Positions 18,825-29,776 of a DNA stretch of 64,000 nucleotides are shown here, one piece after another. The notes under the pieces were generated by a model, which searched no databases, had not been told where the DNA came from, and saw only the letters and a program-made list of their open reading frames with translations. The translations under genes were made by a program, and so were the position numbers. Numbering within the stretch: the first letter of the stretch is position 1; each line of letters starts with the position of its first letter. The stretch comes from Candidatus Latescibacterota bacterium (GTDB lineage Bacteria > Latescibacterota > UBA2968 > GCA-2709665), in assembly GCA_965203805.1 (NCBI GenBank), contig OZ241917.1, positions 672,001-736,000 of the forward strand, in the 5' to 3' direction.

Positions 18825-21800
18825 TCAATTTTTCATACGGCGACGGTCCCGTTTTCGGCTCAGGGCCTTTCTAACTGGCGGGTCGGCCACTCCATCTGGA
18901 ATGATGGGATCGTCATCCTCACGCAAGATGACAAGGTCGGGATCGTTTTCACCTATCTGCCATGCCTCACGGATCTCCAATTGGCGTTTGGCAATTGCAA
19001 ATTGGCGCGACGGCAAATTGGAGATTTCGTTTCTTGGGTTTAACTGAACCGGTGCAAGGAAGAATCGCCCTGCATTATTGTATGCCTCGACGAATTTCTC
19101 GAGATTCTTCAAAGAGTTTGGCGACATTCGCTGCATTCTCGATACGAAAAGAATGAACTTCCCTTGGCCCCCTGAGAATTGCTGAAAACTCGGTCCAAGA
19201 ATGACGCCATATTCAGCGGGGTTTTGTTTCGAAACGCCTTTGATTATTGCCAGCCTCAATGCATCGTCCGCATCGCCGTTTCCCCATCGATCCTTCCAGG
19301 CACGAAAAATCGCATTGCCCGCCTTTCCATCTTTAAATGCTATCGACAGAATCGGTGGCTCGTCGGCGAAAATGATAAATGCGGTTCCTTGCCACTTGGC
19401 CTTATCCCACAATGGAATATCGATAGGTGAAAGAACCCGGCGGTCCGAATGGCGTATCTTCTGTCTATCATTTGGGGCGTCAGGCGGCGGGCCGGTACCA
19501 AACTCAGGTGGTCCGGTCTCAATCGACGAGGCAGAACTCTTCGATGTGCGCCAAGAATTGTTGCGAATTGCTTGATATTTATGGTCATCTTTGTCGATCC
19601 AGTCTAGCAGCCGAATCCTAGGCGTCTTGCCAAAGACGTTTCTATTCAGTGTAAGCGAATCATTGTGATTCAAGGCTCGTGACAATCCGTGTTCCTCCCC
19701 TATTACCCGATTCAACCATGCCTTCACGTCACGTATCATCAGGAACCTACACGAAATCTTCAACAGGCATTCTTGAAGCCAATCCGAATGTTCTTGTCCG
19801 GTGGCGATACTTGCGACTCCATAGTCGACGGGGTGGGTTATCTTAACTTTGGTACTATCGTCTTCGATGAAGTGGACCTGTGGAGTTCCCTCTTTCTGAT
19901 CTGATGTCTTGACGTTGAAAGATACGTGTTCGCGATACGGGAATACGTGCCGCTCGTCACTAGTTGAGAGGAATGCCTCCAAAGCACCTAAAAGCGATTC
20001 CACGACGCCAAACGACGCCGAGTTATTGGGCGTCTCGACGGCAAGTTCTATTCCCAGAATCGTCGACCTCAAGACGCTAGTTTCCCCAACGACCAAAACT
20101 GGTCGCGAGGAAATGTCTTCTGCGGCAGGTTGGTCTTGCCATTGTTCAAAGAAAGTCTGCACTCTTTCAGCATCTTCGTCGGCAGGGATGCAACCTTCTT
20201 CACGCAAGACCTGCTCATGTCCGAAAGCGAACAGCAAAGCCATTCGAGCAGAGTCGAGTCCTAAGCGCTTTAGTGAGCTTGGCAGGGATGCAACCTCTGG
20301 CAGTGCTTCCAGCGGTAGGTTCAATAGATGAATGCCAAGGACCCACTCCTGCATCTGCAGTTCTTCGGTATAGGCTATTCGATGATCCTCGGATAAATCT
20401 AGATGTGCGGCGATCGAATTCGCAAGTGTGATCGCATCCAAGATGTGAGGAATGCGTCCCAGTCTAAGTTCGATCCACACAATCCGATTGAGGGCAATTA
20501 ACGCTTCAGAGATTACCTGTCCTTCTTCAATAAACGTGGCCAATGAACGTTCGACGGCCGCCAATGCCTTATTTCTGGCCGCCCAGGGAAGTCCGGCGCA
20601 CTCATATGCGTAGCTTGCGCCGATTAGAGTCGTTACCAGTTGTTCTCTATACTCTTCCTTCATCAATAACTCCTCAGCGCGGCCGAACCATTGGATTGCT
20701 TCATATTGCCTGTTGTGTTTCATCTTCTGTTGCGCTCGTTTTACGTAGGCGATGCCTGCTGCGCCATCGCTACGCCGTTTCCTCATTACGTCTGCTAATT
20801 TATCGTACAGGGCATCAAATGCAGGACTATCGAAATATTCGCCGAGTTCCCCAACAAGATCGAATAGATGTTCGACTGAATACGCGCCCAAATTGTCTGA
20901 CTTTTCAACGACTTCTGTTAATTCCTGCCACGCCTTGTTTTCTTCATTGGAATTCCGATCGTGTAAAGCACGGGTTGTTCGCATCAAGATTAAGCTTGTG
21001 CGTGCCTGAAGTGCATTGTTAGGCCGTGTAGAGTCCGCAGCTAAAGTCTCCAGCACATTGGCCAAGCTCCGCGAACGACAACTGATCTTGGACACTCGGC
21101 CGTCGATTAGTTCTGCATTTACCGATGTGAGCAGAAGCATCCAGAGATTCACAAGTAGACCGACATCTTGGGACTGAACGGAAGTCAGCGCGTATTGTTC
21201 GGCTTTTTCGTAGTAATGGTTGAATTCGGTATAGTCCTCGTACCACCAATAGGCTGTCCAAGCGCGATTATACGCAATGCGCAATCGTTGTTGGAAGTAG
21301 TCCACTTCTTGGGCTATTCGATCTGCAATTGCGAAGCGACGATCCACCTCGTTGCGCGGTCGCTCAAGACTCCTGGCCAAGATTGCACTACGTAGACAGT
21401 CCTCGACCAGCTGATATCGAGCATTTTGGTAATTTGACGGATCGGAGACCTGCTTATCCAGTTTATCGAGTTCCTCGAGTCTTGCGGTGTCACGAGGACC
21501 CCTTCGGGCCGTCTTTTCTCTCCGTACATCTTCAACGCCCAAAGCTGCAAAGTAAGCCTCAATATGCCGATTGTCGGATTCGTAGACTTTCTCCACTATC
21601 CAAGCACGATCGATGATGTGTACGGGAATCTCCACTTCTTTACTAAGTATGTCTTCATTTGTCGACCGCTCTTTGTCGCTGACGAATTGATTGGTAAAAA
21701 AGTAGATTAGCTTGTAGTCACGACCCGTGGATAGGATATTCTTCACGTCGGCCTTAACCTTGGGCTTCCAATCCTTCTTGGCGCTGAACGCAAACGCCCA

Positions 21801-22211
21801 ACGCTCTGCCCCGGCAGAAGGTGAACCGATCCACCATCGTTCCGTGATTCTTCCCGCGACCGGATAGGTCTCAGTGTCAACCTTGCTGTCTCCGCCACCT
21901 GTGGGGCCGGTCTGAACACGTAGATTCGGGCAGATTTCCCTTTCTGCTAATTTCCGGCAAAAGTGTTCGAACTGGTACTCCTGCTTTCGACTGGTTAACG
22001 TTTCCAAATGGTATTCGAACATTTGCTTTGGCAGCCAATGCGTGCTATCTACTAGCGTATCAAAGAAGAGGTCTGGATGTCGATACCGCATCAGATCTCT
22101 AGGATTATATGCGTTTCGGCGGGATGCAACCTGATCGCAATTCTCTGGTTTACGACCACGATTGTCACGTTTCGGCTTTTTATCCTTGTCATCGTTCATA
22201 TTACATACCAT
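18825..22211 (-). CDS. Large putative defence protein: N-terminal Mrr-like restriction-endonuclease-fold domain, TPR-like helical repeats, unknown C-terminal domain
   Basis: FEHFCRKLA...GGGDSKVD...AFSAKKDWKPKVKADV...FFTNQ resembles Mrr-like PD-(D/E)xK domains; long helical region (AYNRAWTAYWW, YEAIQWFGRAE); no Walker A motif seen. Confidence 0.6.
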   Translation of the reverse strand: MVCNMNDDKDKKPKRDNRGRKPENCDQVASRRNAYNPRDLMRYRHPDLFFDTLVDSTHWLPKQMFEYHLETLTSRKQEYQFEHFCRKLAEREICPNLRVQTGPTGGGDSKVDTETYPVAGRITERWWIGSPSAGAERWAFAFSAKKDWKPKVKADVKNILSTGRDYKLIYFFTNQFVSDKERSTNEDILSKEVEIPVHIIDRAWIVEKVYESDNRHIEAYFAALGVEDVRREKTARRGPRDTARLEELDKLDKQVSDPSNYQNARYQLVEDCLRSAILARSLERPRNEVDRRFAIADRIAQEVDYFQQRLRIAYNRAWTAYWWYEDYTEFNHYYEKAEQYALTSVQSQDVGLLVNLWMLLLTSVNAELIDGRVSKISCRSRSLANVLETLAADSTRPNNALQARTSLILMRTTRALHDRNSNEENKAWQELTEVVEKSDNLGAYSVEHLFDLVGELGEYFDSPAFDALYDKLADVMRKRRSDGAAGIAYVKRAQQKMKHNRQYEAIQWFGRAEELLMKEEYREQLVTTLIGASYAYECAGLPWAARNKALAAVERSLATFIEEGQVISEALIALNRIVWIELRLGRIPHILDAITLANSIAAHLDLSEDHRIAYTEELQMQEWVLGIHLLNLPLEALPEVASLPSSLKRLGLDSARMALLFAFGHEQVLREEGCIPADEDAERVQTFFEQWQDQPAAEDISSRPVLVVGETSVLRSTILGIELAVETPNNSASFGVVESLLGALEAFLSTSDERHVFPYREHVSFNVKTSDQKEGTPQVHFIEDDSTKVKITHPVDYGVASIATGQEHSDWLQECLLKISCRFLMIRDVKAWLNRVIGEEHGLSRALNHNDSLTLNRNVFGKTPRIRLLDWIDKDDHKYQAIRNNSWRTSKSSASSIETGPPEFGTGPPPDAPNDRQKIRHSDRRVLSPIDIPLWDKAKWQGTAFIIFADEPPILSIAFKDGKAGNAIFRAWKDRWGNGDADDALRLAIIKGVSKQNPAEYGVILGPSFQQFSGGQGKFILFVSRMQRMSPNSLKNLEKFVEAYNNAGRFFLAPVQLNPRNEISNLPSRQFAIAKRQLEIREAWQIGENDPDLVILREDDDPIIPDGVADPPVRKALSRKRDRRRMKN

Positions 22212-22314
22212 GACAACATATCGTGTGTAAGTGTATCTAATGGGCCATCATCAAGGATAGTTGATAGACACATATCCTAGAGGGTAGCGAGCGGTTAGTA
22301 ACTACCAAGCGAGA

Positions 22315-22920
22315 TCATGAGTTGTACCGTCTCATTCGTCGGCTTAAGTCATATTCACAACGACCGCGATCGTCGAATGTCGCGTCAACCAAGAATCGGA
22401 GCTTTGCGACGTCATTTTCGATTCTATTCCACGGCGTCACGGAGATTTTGGCCTCAGGTTTGAGAAGATTATCAATGATCCGATCTGGCATATATGGATA
22501 CCGACGTTCATATTCACGTCTCGTGTCGACCGTTATCCATGATGTGACTTCTGGATATACGCGGCTCTTCTCTCCATCTCCGTGTGAAGCAGTGAAATTA
22601 TCAGATGTTCCAGGTAAATTAACGACCAGAACGCCCGATTTCTTATTGACGGTTCCATCAAACATGCTTGAGTAAATCTCCCAGTCAACGTGCTTTCTAC
22701 GTTCCGTCTCTACTCCGACCAGAACAATCGTCACCGTCGAATCTCTCAAGTATTCGTCTCGGATAATCTCACGTATCCTCTCGTCGCTAAGGTTTTCGGA
22801 AACATCCCCGGTATCCACGGACTTATCTATAAAAATCGAATGTTGCCATCCCAATTCCACCAGACGTTCCTTGTACCATTGGTCGTTCTCGTGGTGGTAA
22901 CTAATAAAGACCTTATGCAT
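22315..22920 (-). CDS. thsB: Thoeris ThsB-like TIR protein (DUF1863)
   Basis: HKVFISYHH.NDQ.YK, IRDEYLRDSTVTIVLVG, VDWEI with the catalytic Glu; 8-bp overlap with the upstream SLOG gene. Confidence 0.85.
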   Translation of the reverse strand: MHKVFISYHHENDQWYKERLVELGWQHSIFIDKSVDTGDVSENLSDERIREIIRDEYLRDSTVTIVLVGVETERRKHVDWEIYSSMFDGTVNKKSGVLVVNLPGTSDNFTASHGDGEKSRVYPEVTSWITVDTRREYERRYPYMPDRIIDNLLKPEAKISVTPWNRIENDVAKLRFLVDATFDDRGRCEYDLSRRMRRYNS

Positions 22921-23758
22921 CGTTTCCTCCCGCGCATTCTAGGTTCAATTCATCGCGTATCCGTCTAAGACCCCGCGATACGAGCGTTACCGCCTGATGT
23001 ATATGCGGCGTCCGGGCAAGAATAGCGTTGTCTTCGTCAGAGAGTCCGTTTTGCAGATCACCCGGTGAGTAACTCTCAAAGCACGAGCGACCCTCCCAGT
23101 TCGAACGTAAATTTGCCCAAGGCTCTACCAGCCCAATAGTCTCCGCAATGTCGCGGGTACAGCCGCCGAAGCCGCCGAGCAGAAATATTGGCTGATGCGA
23201 CTGAAGAGACAGAAGCGTTTCCTCGGCGATGCCCGGCATGCATCCCCTGTATCCATCTACTCTTCCACCGAGCACAATACGCGCCTGAGTTTCTTCTCGC
23301 ATGACAACCCGCATCGTCGTCAGCCCTTCGGCCCACTCGTCGTCACCCGGCTCATATTCTGGAAGTTCCAGCCGTTGTTCCCACTCCAGGCGACTGCCAT
23401 CCCGTGCAAGAAAGATGACGTGCGCGGACTCCTCGTGCCCGGCGGTGAAGGCAGCCAAATCGTCCACCGTCATCCGAATGTGCACGGGCCACGCCAGGTA
23501 GTCGGTAACAGTGATCTTTCCGATATGGCGCGGATGATCCCGGTACCGCACAATCAGTTCGAACAACAACTCGGTAAAGCCGTGAACGCGTAGATCGCCA
23601 CCGTACGCCAGACTCGTTCCCGAAGCGAGTAGATGCAACGCAATCTCGGCCATTGCATCCTGCAGGTGCCCCTCACTCAGTCCGAGCAGGGCCATGTCAG
23701 GGCTTTCTGATGTCGAAATCGCCACAGTCGGTGTCGGCCTGGTCTTCTGAAGTGTCAT
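22913..23758 (-). CDS. Stand-alone SLOG-superfamily nucleotide-binding protein (cluster 2-like)
   Basis: VAISTSES, LAYGGDLR, LTTMR, ARIVLGG, PGIAEE, PIFLLGGFGG motifs; ATGA overlap with the upstream TIR gene at 23755-23758. Confidence 0.8.
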   Translation of the reverse strand: MTLQKTRPTPTVAISTSESPDMALLGLSEGHLQDAMAEIALHLLASGTSLAYGGDLRVHGFTELLFELIVRYRDHPRHIGKITVTDYLAWPVHIRMTVDDLAAFTAGHEESAHVIFLARDGSRLEWEQRLELPEYEPGDDEWAEGLTTMRVVMREETQARIVLGGRVDGYRGCMPGIAEETLLSLQSHQPIFLLGGFGGCTRDIAETIGLVEPWANLRSNWEGRSCFESYSPGDLQNGLSDEDNAILARTPHIHQAVTLVSRGLRRIRDELNLECAGGNDA

Positions 23759-24921
23759 GAGGTTTCCTCCATCCACTCTGTAAGCGTCAATGTTCGCACA
23801 TTCGGTGCGATCTCTGAGAATAACCGGGCCTCATCAGTACCCAATCGTGGTTCAGGATACACGATCGCAGAACCAGCCTCACTTTCGTTAGCCGGTAGCG
23901 TCGCCAATGAGATTAACTCAGGTGGCCGTGCCGTGAACAGCACGTTGGAGTATGCCTCTCGAAACGGCTCAACGCGGCAACGCCATAGGTAGGTTCGGAA
24001 GACTTCGTCGAGCAGGCGTCCAATCGTCGAAGGAATCCTATCCTGTTCGCCCACGCCCATCCGCACGATTGGCACATTGCCCATGTATGGTATACTCCGC
24101 TGATCAAAATCGCGCAGACAATCGACGACAACCATCGGTACATGGCGTCGCTTGGCCTCAATTACCTCTCGCCGGCACCACTCGCGGGATGAATAGGAGT
24201 CCGTGTGCAACGCCACGACAGCACTGGTTTCGATCTGATGCAACAGAACCTCCCGGAAAGACAATCCGGCCGGGATGTCGTGGACATCAAAGAAACTCGA
24301 CAAAGCACTGTTTTCGTGTAACCAGTCACGGATGCTTCGCGCGACGGGTTCACCGTCATCGTCGTGCTTCGAGTGGCTGATAAATACCTGGATTTTCTCC
24401 AGGTAATCCCCAAGAGACGCCTCCGTTGATGCCGGACTGCGAAGCCGATGCCTAAGCATTCGAATGAATTCACCGGTGAGATCGCTGATGAGGCGCTCCT
24501 CGCGGACCGCTTTCGATCCTTCCCAACGATCCCACCGCAGTGCGTGCTCGTCAAGTTGAAGTTCACGATCTCCAGATTCCATTACTACAGGAAAGAGGCG
24601 AGCGGACAGTCCTCTTGTCTGTGTGTTCCGGGAAAGCTCGCGAACAAAATTCGACCATGCCGTGTCGTCGGCCAGTGCCGAGTCCATCAAAACGACGACG
24701 GCCGTCGCATCTGCTTCGTCCCAGTCGACTGATAGCGGCACAAGTTCACCCGGTGCTATCTCATGACGATAGAGAACGCTCAACCCAGGATCTCCGGCGA
24801 TGTTTCGATGGCGGTCTCGGCTAAAATGCATGCGAAGCACATCTGCTACCTCGACACCGTTCTCATTCGAGGGATGCCAGACGACATAAAGAGCGAAAAG
24901 TGGGCGAGTCGTGTTTACCAT
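23755..24921 (-). CDS. TIR-domain protein (N-terminal degenerate TIR-like module + TIR + short C-terminal module)
   Basis: VFISHSKHD, FFDVHDIPAG, DSYSSREWCRRE (catalytic Glu). Start placed at ATG 24921 (the ORF is open to 24987). Confidence 0.85.
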   Translation of the reverse strand: MVNTTRPLFALYVVWHPSNENGVEVADVLRMHFSRDRHRNIAGDPGLSVLYRHEIAPGELVPLSVDWDEADATAVVVLMDSALADDTAWSNFVRELSRNTQTRGLSARLFPVVMESGDRELQLDEHALRWDRWEGSKAVREERLISDLTGEFIRMLRHRLRSPASTEASLGDYLEKIQVFISHSKHDDDGEPVARSIRDWLHENSALSSFFDVHDIPAGLSFREVLLHQIETSAVVALHTDSYSSREWCRREVIEAKRRHVPMVVVDCLRDFDQRSIPYMGNVPIVRMGVGEQDRIPSTIGRLLDEVFRTYLWRCRVEPFREAYSNVLFTARPPELISLATLPANESEAGSAIVYPEPRLGTDEARLFSEIAPNVRTLTLTEWMEETS

Positions 24922-25084
24922 TTCACGATCCGTCGTAACCTTTGTAGGTATGGTGCGTAGGATTGACCATGGTCCGTGATTGGGCATTCTAAGCTATCGA
25001 TTCGACAAATCGACGATTCTACGGACAATTCGATTTCTTTTTTCTCGATGTCGTACCCCTCACCACTGCGCTGCACGCCGGCAA

Positions 25085-26056
25085 TCAGGCTTTATCTTCA
25101 TTTAATTCCTTCGATGCAGTTGCGCTAGCTAGTTGCGAAAAATCAAGTCGTTCGAGAAATTCCGCGCCATGCTCTTCGCAGTAGTCCTCTGTTGCCCCTA
25201 GAATCATTTCGTTGGCAACCAGCAGTGCAGGGAACAGCCCTTCGTCACTAAGATCAAACCAATTTAGATAAAAAAGGTAACAATCTCCCAATCTCTCGTG
25301 TGACTCGCACGCTTCGTCCTCGGTACTTCTGCGTATGGAACATTCGAATCCCAAAGATCTGACGTCACCCAGAAGGCGCTTCAGCCTAGCCAACGACTTG
25401 CCAGTGCATCTACGCAATAGATCTGCGTCGATGTGGATGTTTTCGGGTAAATCCGCTGGACAACCAAATCGAATGAGGCTGATGACCGCGTCCCTTTCAT
25501 CGCAGTTCATCCGCTTAAGCACATGGAAGAATGACCATGCCTGCGAGTAAACATGGGGCTGGATCTCATAGTCATCGTCAATGCCAAGTCGTTCGAACAA
25601 ACGATCCAAGGTCGGCGGCAGGTAGTTCCGCCGTACATCTTTTCCAAGCTTTTTCACTATCAGGTCACAAAAACCAGACGGCGATGTTTGTCTCAAATCG
25701 ACGTAATGCACGGTGTTGAGTAACCCCGGAACTCGTGTATCATCAAATCTAGCAGGCAGGATATACTCTTGGTTCTGCTCCATCGCACGGGCTTGTGCAC
25801 TTTGCCTCTCCCTGGTAGGCCAGACTTTGGCTGCATAGTCTTTAGAAACAAAGATTACGCAAAACCTGCACAAATGCTCATAAATCTCGCTCAAGTGGGC
25901 GTAAAGGTCCTTTCCCCACATAGTTTCCTGTGCGTAATCGTCAAAAAACACGCGGATGCCGCGGGATGTGAGTGTATCGGCAACTCTCCTCACGTACTCC
26001 CGCTGTTCGCCAGCGAACGACAATCCGATATCATATTCAAAGATTTTTTCACCCAC
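25085..26056 (-). CDS. TIR-domain protein with uncharacterised C-terminal domain
   Basis: YDIGLSFAGEQREYV, VFFDD, VIFVSKDYAAKVWPTRE, YILPARFDD. Confidence 0.85.
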   Translation of the reverse strand: MGEKIFEYDIGLSFAGEQREYVRRVADTLTSRGIRVFFDDYAQETMWGKDLYAHLSEIYEHLCRFCVIFVSKDYAAKVWPTRERQSAQARAMEQNQEYILPARFDDTRVPGLLNTVHYVDLRQTSPSGFCDLIVKKLGKDVRRNYLPPTLDRLFERLGIDDDYEIQPHVYSQAWSFFHVLKRMNCDERDAVISLIRFGCPADLPENIHIDADLLRRCTGKSLARLKRLLGDVRSLGFECSIRRSTEDEACESHERLGDCYLFYLNWFDLSDEGLFPALLVANEMILGATEDYCEEHGAEFLERLDFSQLASATASKELNEDKA

Positions 26057-26129
26057 ATGTCACTCCTTCGCATTTCCCGTCTTTGTGGTTGCAGATGACT
26101 CCTGTCAAGCTAGACAATTCAGAAGCCAA

Positions 26130-27329
26130 CTATTCCGCACGTATACCACCTGTCATCAGTTCTTTTAAAAGCGTCTTGAATAACTCACACAGCACCCTGC
26201 CTTTTCTGCGGTGAAGGTCAATTTTGCGGCCAATGGCGTCGAGTATGGCCACGATCTCGTGCTGCTCTTCCAAATTAGCCGGATGCGCTACTGGAAGATT
26301 GCGTACGGTATCCAAATTCAGATTCTGTTGTTGGCCACCATGTGCCATGCGACGAATAGCGCGATAGCGAAAGGAAAGAAAGTGATATAGGTATCTGGTG
26401 CCGACCAAACCATCGTCACGAGGTCTAATTGCCGCACACGCTTGATTACATGCCGCCTCGGTCCCCAGAATTGCAACCCTGCCTCGCGTCACGCCCTGCC
26501 CATACATCGCCAGCAGCAGTGTTTCCGGTGGGAGCAGCTGTGCGGCTGACTGATCAAGGCCATCTTGTGTGATGTGTTCTTCGGTCTCGCAAATAACGCG
26601 ATAGTCAATTTCCGTGGTTTTAACCCATGGGATCGTTCCACCTGTCCAAAACGCTGGTGTTCTTCGAGACGGAGTTCCACCGGATACGACCGAGAAGTGA
26701 TCGTTGATTGGTTCAATAACCCAATTTTCCGGCACATGCCCGATTTCGGTTTCTTTCTGCGCCTTGCCACGAAGGCCGCGAGTAAACAGCGATTGCATCG
26801 CGGCCCGTTTCAGGTCTTGACCCTCTTCAATTAACTTCCCTGATATTTCGATTGCCTCATGCACAAGCCAAAGGAAATCGGCAATCCGCTTCTGTTCATC
26901 GAATGTGAACGCAGGCACCTCAAATCCGCCTATATGCGCCCATGATGTCCTTGGATGCTGGACGCCTGTCGTTCCCGCAACCGCATACTCGAGGAATCCA
27001 CGAGAATGAAGAACTACAGCGAGGAATCGGGGGTCTACGTTGGCCTTAGCCCGGAGTACGAGCAATTCCGTCGTGCAGACACCCGTCTCGTCAGCCAAAA
27101 TTGCCTTGTCGAGATACGGACGGAGTTTTCCGTACAGCACGTCATCGGCTTGAAACGCGGATGTGGTGCTTCGCATCTCTGACGCCCGACCACCGCCAAT
27201 TCGAACAAGCCGCCCCGAAGCCAGATGCTCGAGACCAAGATAGAGCGCGGCCGGCCGGGCGCCGGGTCTCACAGGCTCTCCCATCAGGTCGCACAGGTCC
27301 GCAAGGCGGGTTGTGTTCCTTTTCATCAC
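26130..27329 (-). CDS. hsdS: Type I restriction-modification specificity subunit S
   Basis: Two TRDs (DVLYGKLRPYLDK; SGGTPSR...NQACAAI) with conserved EQKRIA / EEQHEIVAIL helices and KELMTG end. Confidence 0.92.
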   Translation of the reverse strand: MMKRNTTRLADLCDLMGEPVRPGARPAALYLGLEHLASGRLVRIGGGRASEMRSTTSAFQADDVLYGKLRPYLDKAILADETGVCTTELLVLRAKANVDPRFLAVVLHSRGFLEYAVAGTTGVQHPRTSWAHIGGFEVPAFTFDEQKRIADFLWLVHEAIEISGKLIEEGQDLKRAAMQSLFTRGLRGKAQKETEIGHVPENWVIEPINDHFSVVSGGTPSRRTPAFWTGGTIPWVKTTEIDYRVICETEEHITQDGLDQSAAQLLPPETLLLAMYGQGVTRGRVAILGTEAACNQACAAIRPRDDGLVGTRYLYHFLSFRYRAIRRMAHGGQQQNLNLDTVRNLPVAHPANLEEQHEIVAILDAIGRKIDLHRRKGRVLCELFKTLLKELMTGGIRAE

Positions 27330-27697
27330 CCCAACCCCTTAAGCCGCACGGCCGGCAGCCGCTTCAGCCGTTGGTTCGCCGGATCTACTTCAATGCCAAC
27401 GGACTCCAACGCTGTCAGGCCCAGCAACGGCTCCGTGTCAGCCTCGCCGAATATGACCGTCCCACCGACGATCTCTCCCATGAATTCAATCTCTGCAACG
27501 GTAACATCGACAACCAGTTCGCTCCCATCGGCGAGTTCGTATACCCTTCGCCCCTTAGGCTCCAGACCAATCGCCTCCAGATGCGGCCGGGGTACCAGAG
27601 AATCAGTCGCACCTGTATCAACCAGAAACAGACCTTCCCAGAACCTGTCGGGATCGGCGGGGTTCGTAATCCTGACCGTTACGTGCGTCGCTCCCAT
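27326..27697 (-). CDS. Clan AA (retropepsin-like) aspartic protease
   Basis: FLVDTGATDSLVP catalytic DTG and PLLGLTALE motifs; GGAGG RBS; stop overlaps the hsdS start. Confidence 0.85.
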   Translation of the reverse strand: MGATHVTVRITNPADPDRFWEGLFLVDTGATDSLVPRPHLEAIGLEPKGRRVYELADGSELVVDVTVAEIEFMGEIVGGTVIFGEADTEPLLGLTALESVGIEVDPANQRLKRLPAVRLKGLG

Positions 27698-27730
27698 TTC
27701 TCTACCTCCTTCGCCTCTCAGTATCCACGC

Positions 27731-29575
<1,845 letters not shown>

Positions 29576-29581
29576 ATATAG

Positions 29582-29649
29582 AATATAATAAACTTGGGCG
29601 TCTTGTCAAATACGAATCAGTCTCGCCTCATTTTGGGCAGAATGAGGTG
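29582..29649 (-). promoter_or_regulatory. Putative leaderless promoter of the hsdM operon plus an upstream palindrome
   Basis: Minus-strand TTGACA (29609-29604)-N16-TATATT (29587-29582) ends 6 nt before ATG 29575 with no SD; inverted repeat CGCCTCATTTTG-GG-CAGAATGAGGTG at 29624-29649. Confidence 0.6.
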
Positions 29650-29776
29650 TTTACATTGAGAGATTCAAGGTCAGGATACGGCCAGGGGATGGAATTGCCA
29701 AGCGTGAAGGAGGGGATAATCGCCTGAATCGTATACACGGACAAAACGCGGGGCAGGGGAGTGTATAGGATCGCCG

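Noticed and set aside
26130-27329. Phase-variable or shufflon-type hsdS
   Set aside because: Single hsdS with no silent TRD copies, recombinase, inverted repeats or simple-sequence tract visible.
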